In this document: positions 63,890 through 64,000 of the stretch, piece by piece | Position numbering within the stretch: position 1 is the first letter of the stretch | How the letters are laid out: the number at the start of each line of letters is the position of its first letter | Assembly (NCBI GenBank): GCA_036351195.1 | Contig: JAZBOQ010000143.1 | Location: 29,526-93,525, forward strand | DNA length: 64,000 nucleotides | Direction of reading: 5' to 3' | Source: Thermoanaerobaculales bacterium | GTDB lineage: Bacteria > Acidobacteriota > Thermoanaerobaculia > Thermoanaerobaculales > Sulfomarinibacteraceae | Program-made: the position numbers and the translations under genes | The notes under the pieces: generated by a model | Database searches by the model: none | The model's input: only the letters and a program-made list of their open reading frames with translations | What the model was told of the DNA's origin: nothing

Positions 63890-64000
63890 ATGAACTGGAT
63901 CGATCAAAACCTCGACGCCTACCGTGTCATCGCCGAGATTCTCACCGATCTGCGCCCCCTCGTTCGAGAGCGCCTGGAGGCCGCCCACGGCAAGGAGTGG
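63890..64000 (+). CDS. 5' end of a hypothetical gene running off the window
   Basis: ATG 63890 opens MNWIDQNLDAYRVIAEILTDLRPLVRERLEAAHGKEW with no stop before the window end. Divergent from the cytochrome gene. Confidence 0.4.
   Translation, partial: MNWIDQNLDAYRVIAEILTDLRPLVRERLEAAHGKEW

Noticed and set aside
1-64000. Mobile elements, prophage, tRNA/rRNA genes and defence islands
   Set aside because: Reading the translations, I found no integrase, transposase, recombinase, phage structural, Cas or restriction-modification signatures. I also saw no tRNA-like T-arm consensus in the intergenic regions. I cannot run tRNAscan or Rfam, so small RNAs may have been missed.

Overview
GC-rich, densely packed bacterial chromosomal segment with about 50 protein genes, many GTG starts and many 4-nt or 8-nt start/stop overlaps. 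By eye I found no rRNA, tRNA, CRISPR array, transposase, integrase or phage genes, so this looks like core chromosome rather than an island. Housekeeping genes (rpsA, cmk, murB, aroA, serA/serC, psd) are interspersed with several other groups. These are secreted hydrolases (S8 subtilase, M4 metalloprotease, tricorn-like S41 protease, Ntn-hydrolase, esterases), an ABC-2 exporter, and signalling proteins (Ser/Thr kinase, membrane PP2C phosphatase, a 1270-aa sigma-54 activator). The long Arg/Pro/Gly-rich ORFs in the track are mostly antisense artefacts of the high GC content. Observations most worth follow-up: (1) An in-frame TGA falls exactly on the first Cys of the S-C-G-C motif of a DUF1573 protein and has a hairpin just downstream, making it a candidate exported selenoprotein; it is co-oriented with a Cys-rich Fe-S protein. 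(2) A 1574-aa fusion combines an AMP-forming acyl-CoA ligase, a roughly 750-aa unknown region containing a degenerate kinase-like segment, and a C-terminal GNAT; it is translationally coupled to a polytopic membrane protein. (3) A 1048-aa protein fuses 23 CxxCH haems to a cytochrome b-like membrane domain, an expanded CbcL-like architecture. (4) A family of palindromic REP/MITE-like intergenic elements shares a CTCTGCGGT...TTGTGC core. All functional calls rest on motif reading of translations. No database search was possible.
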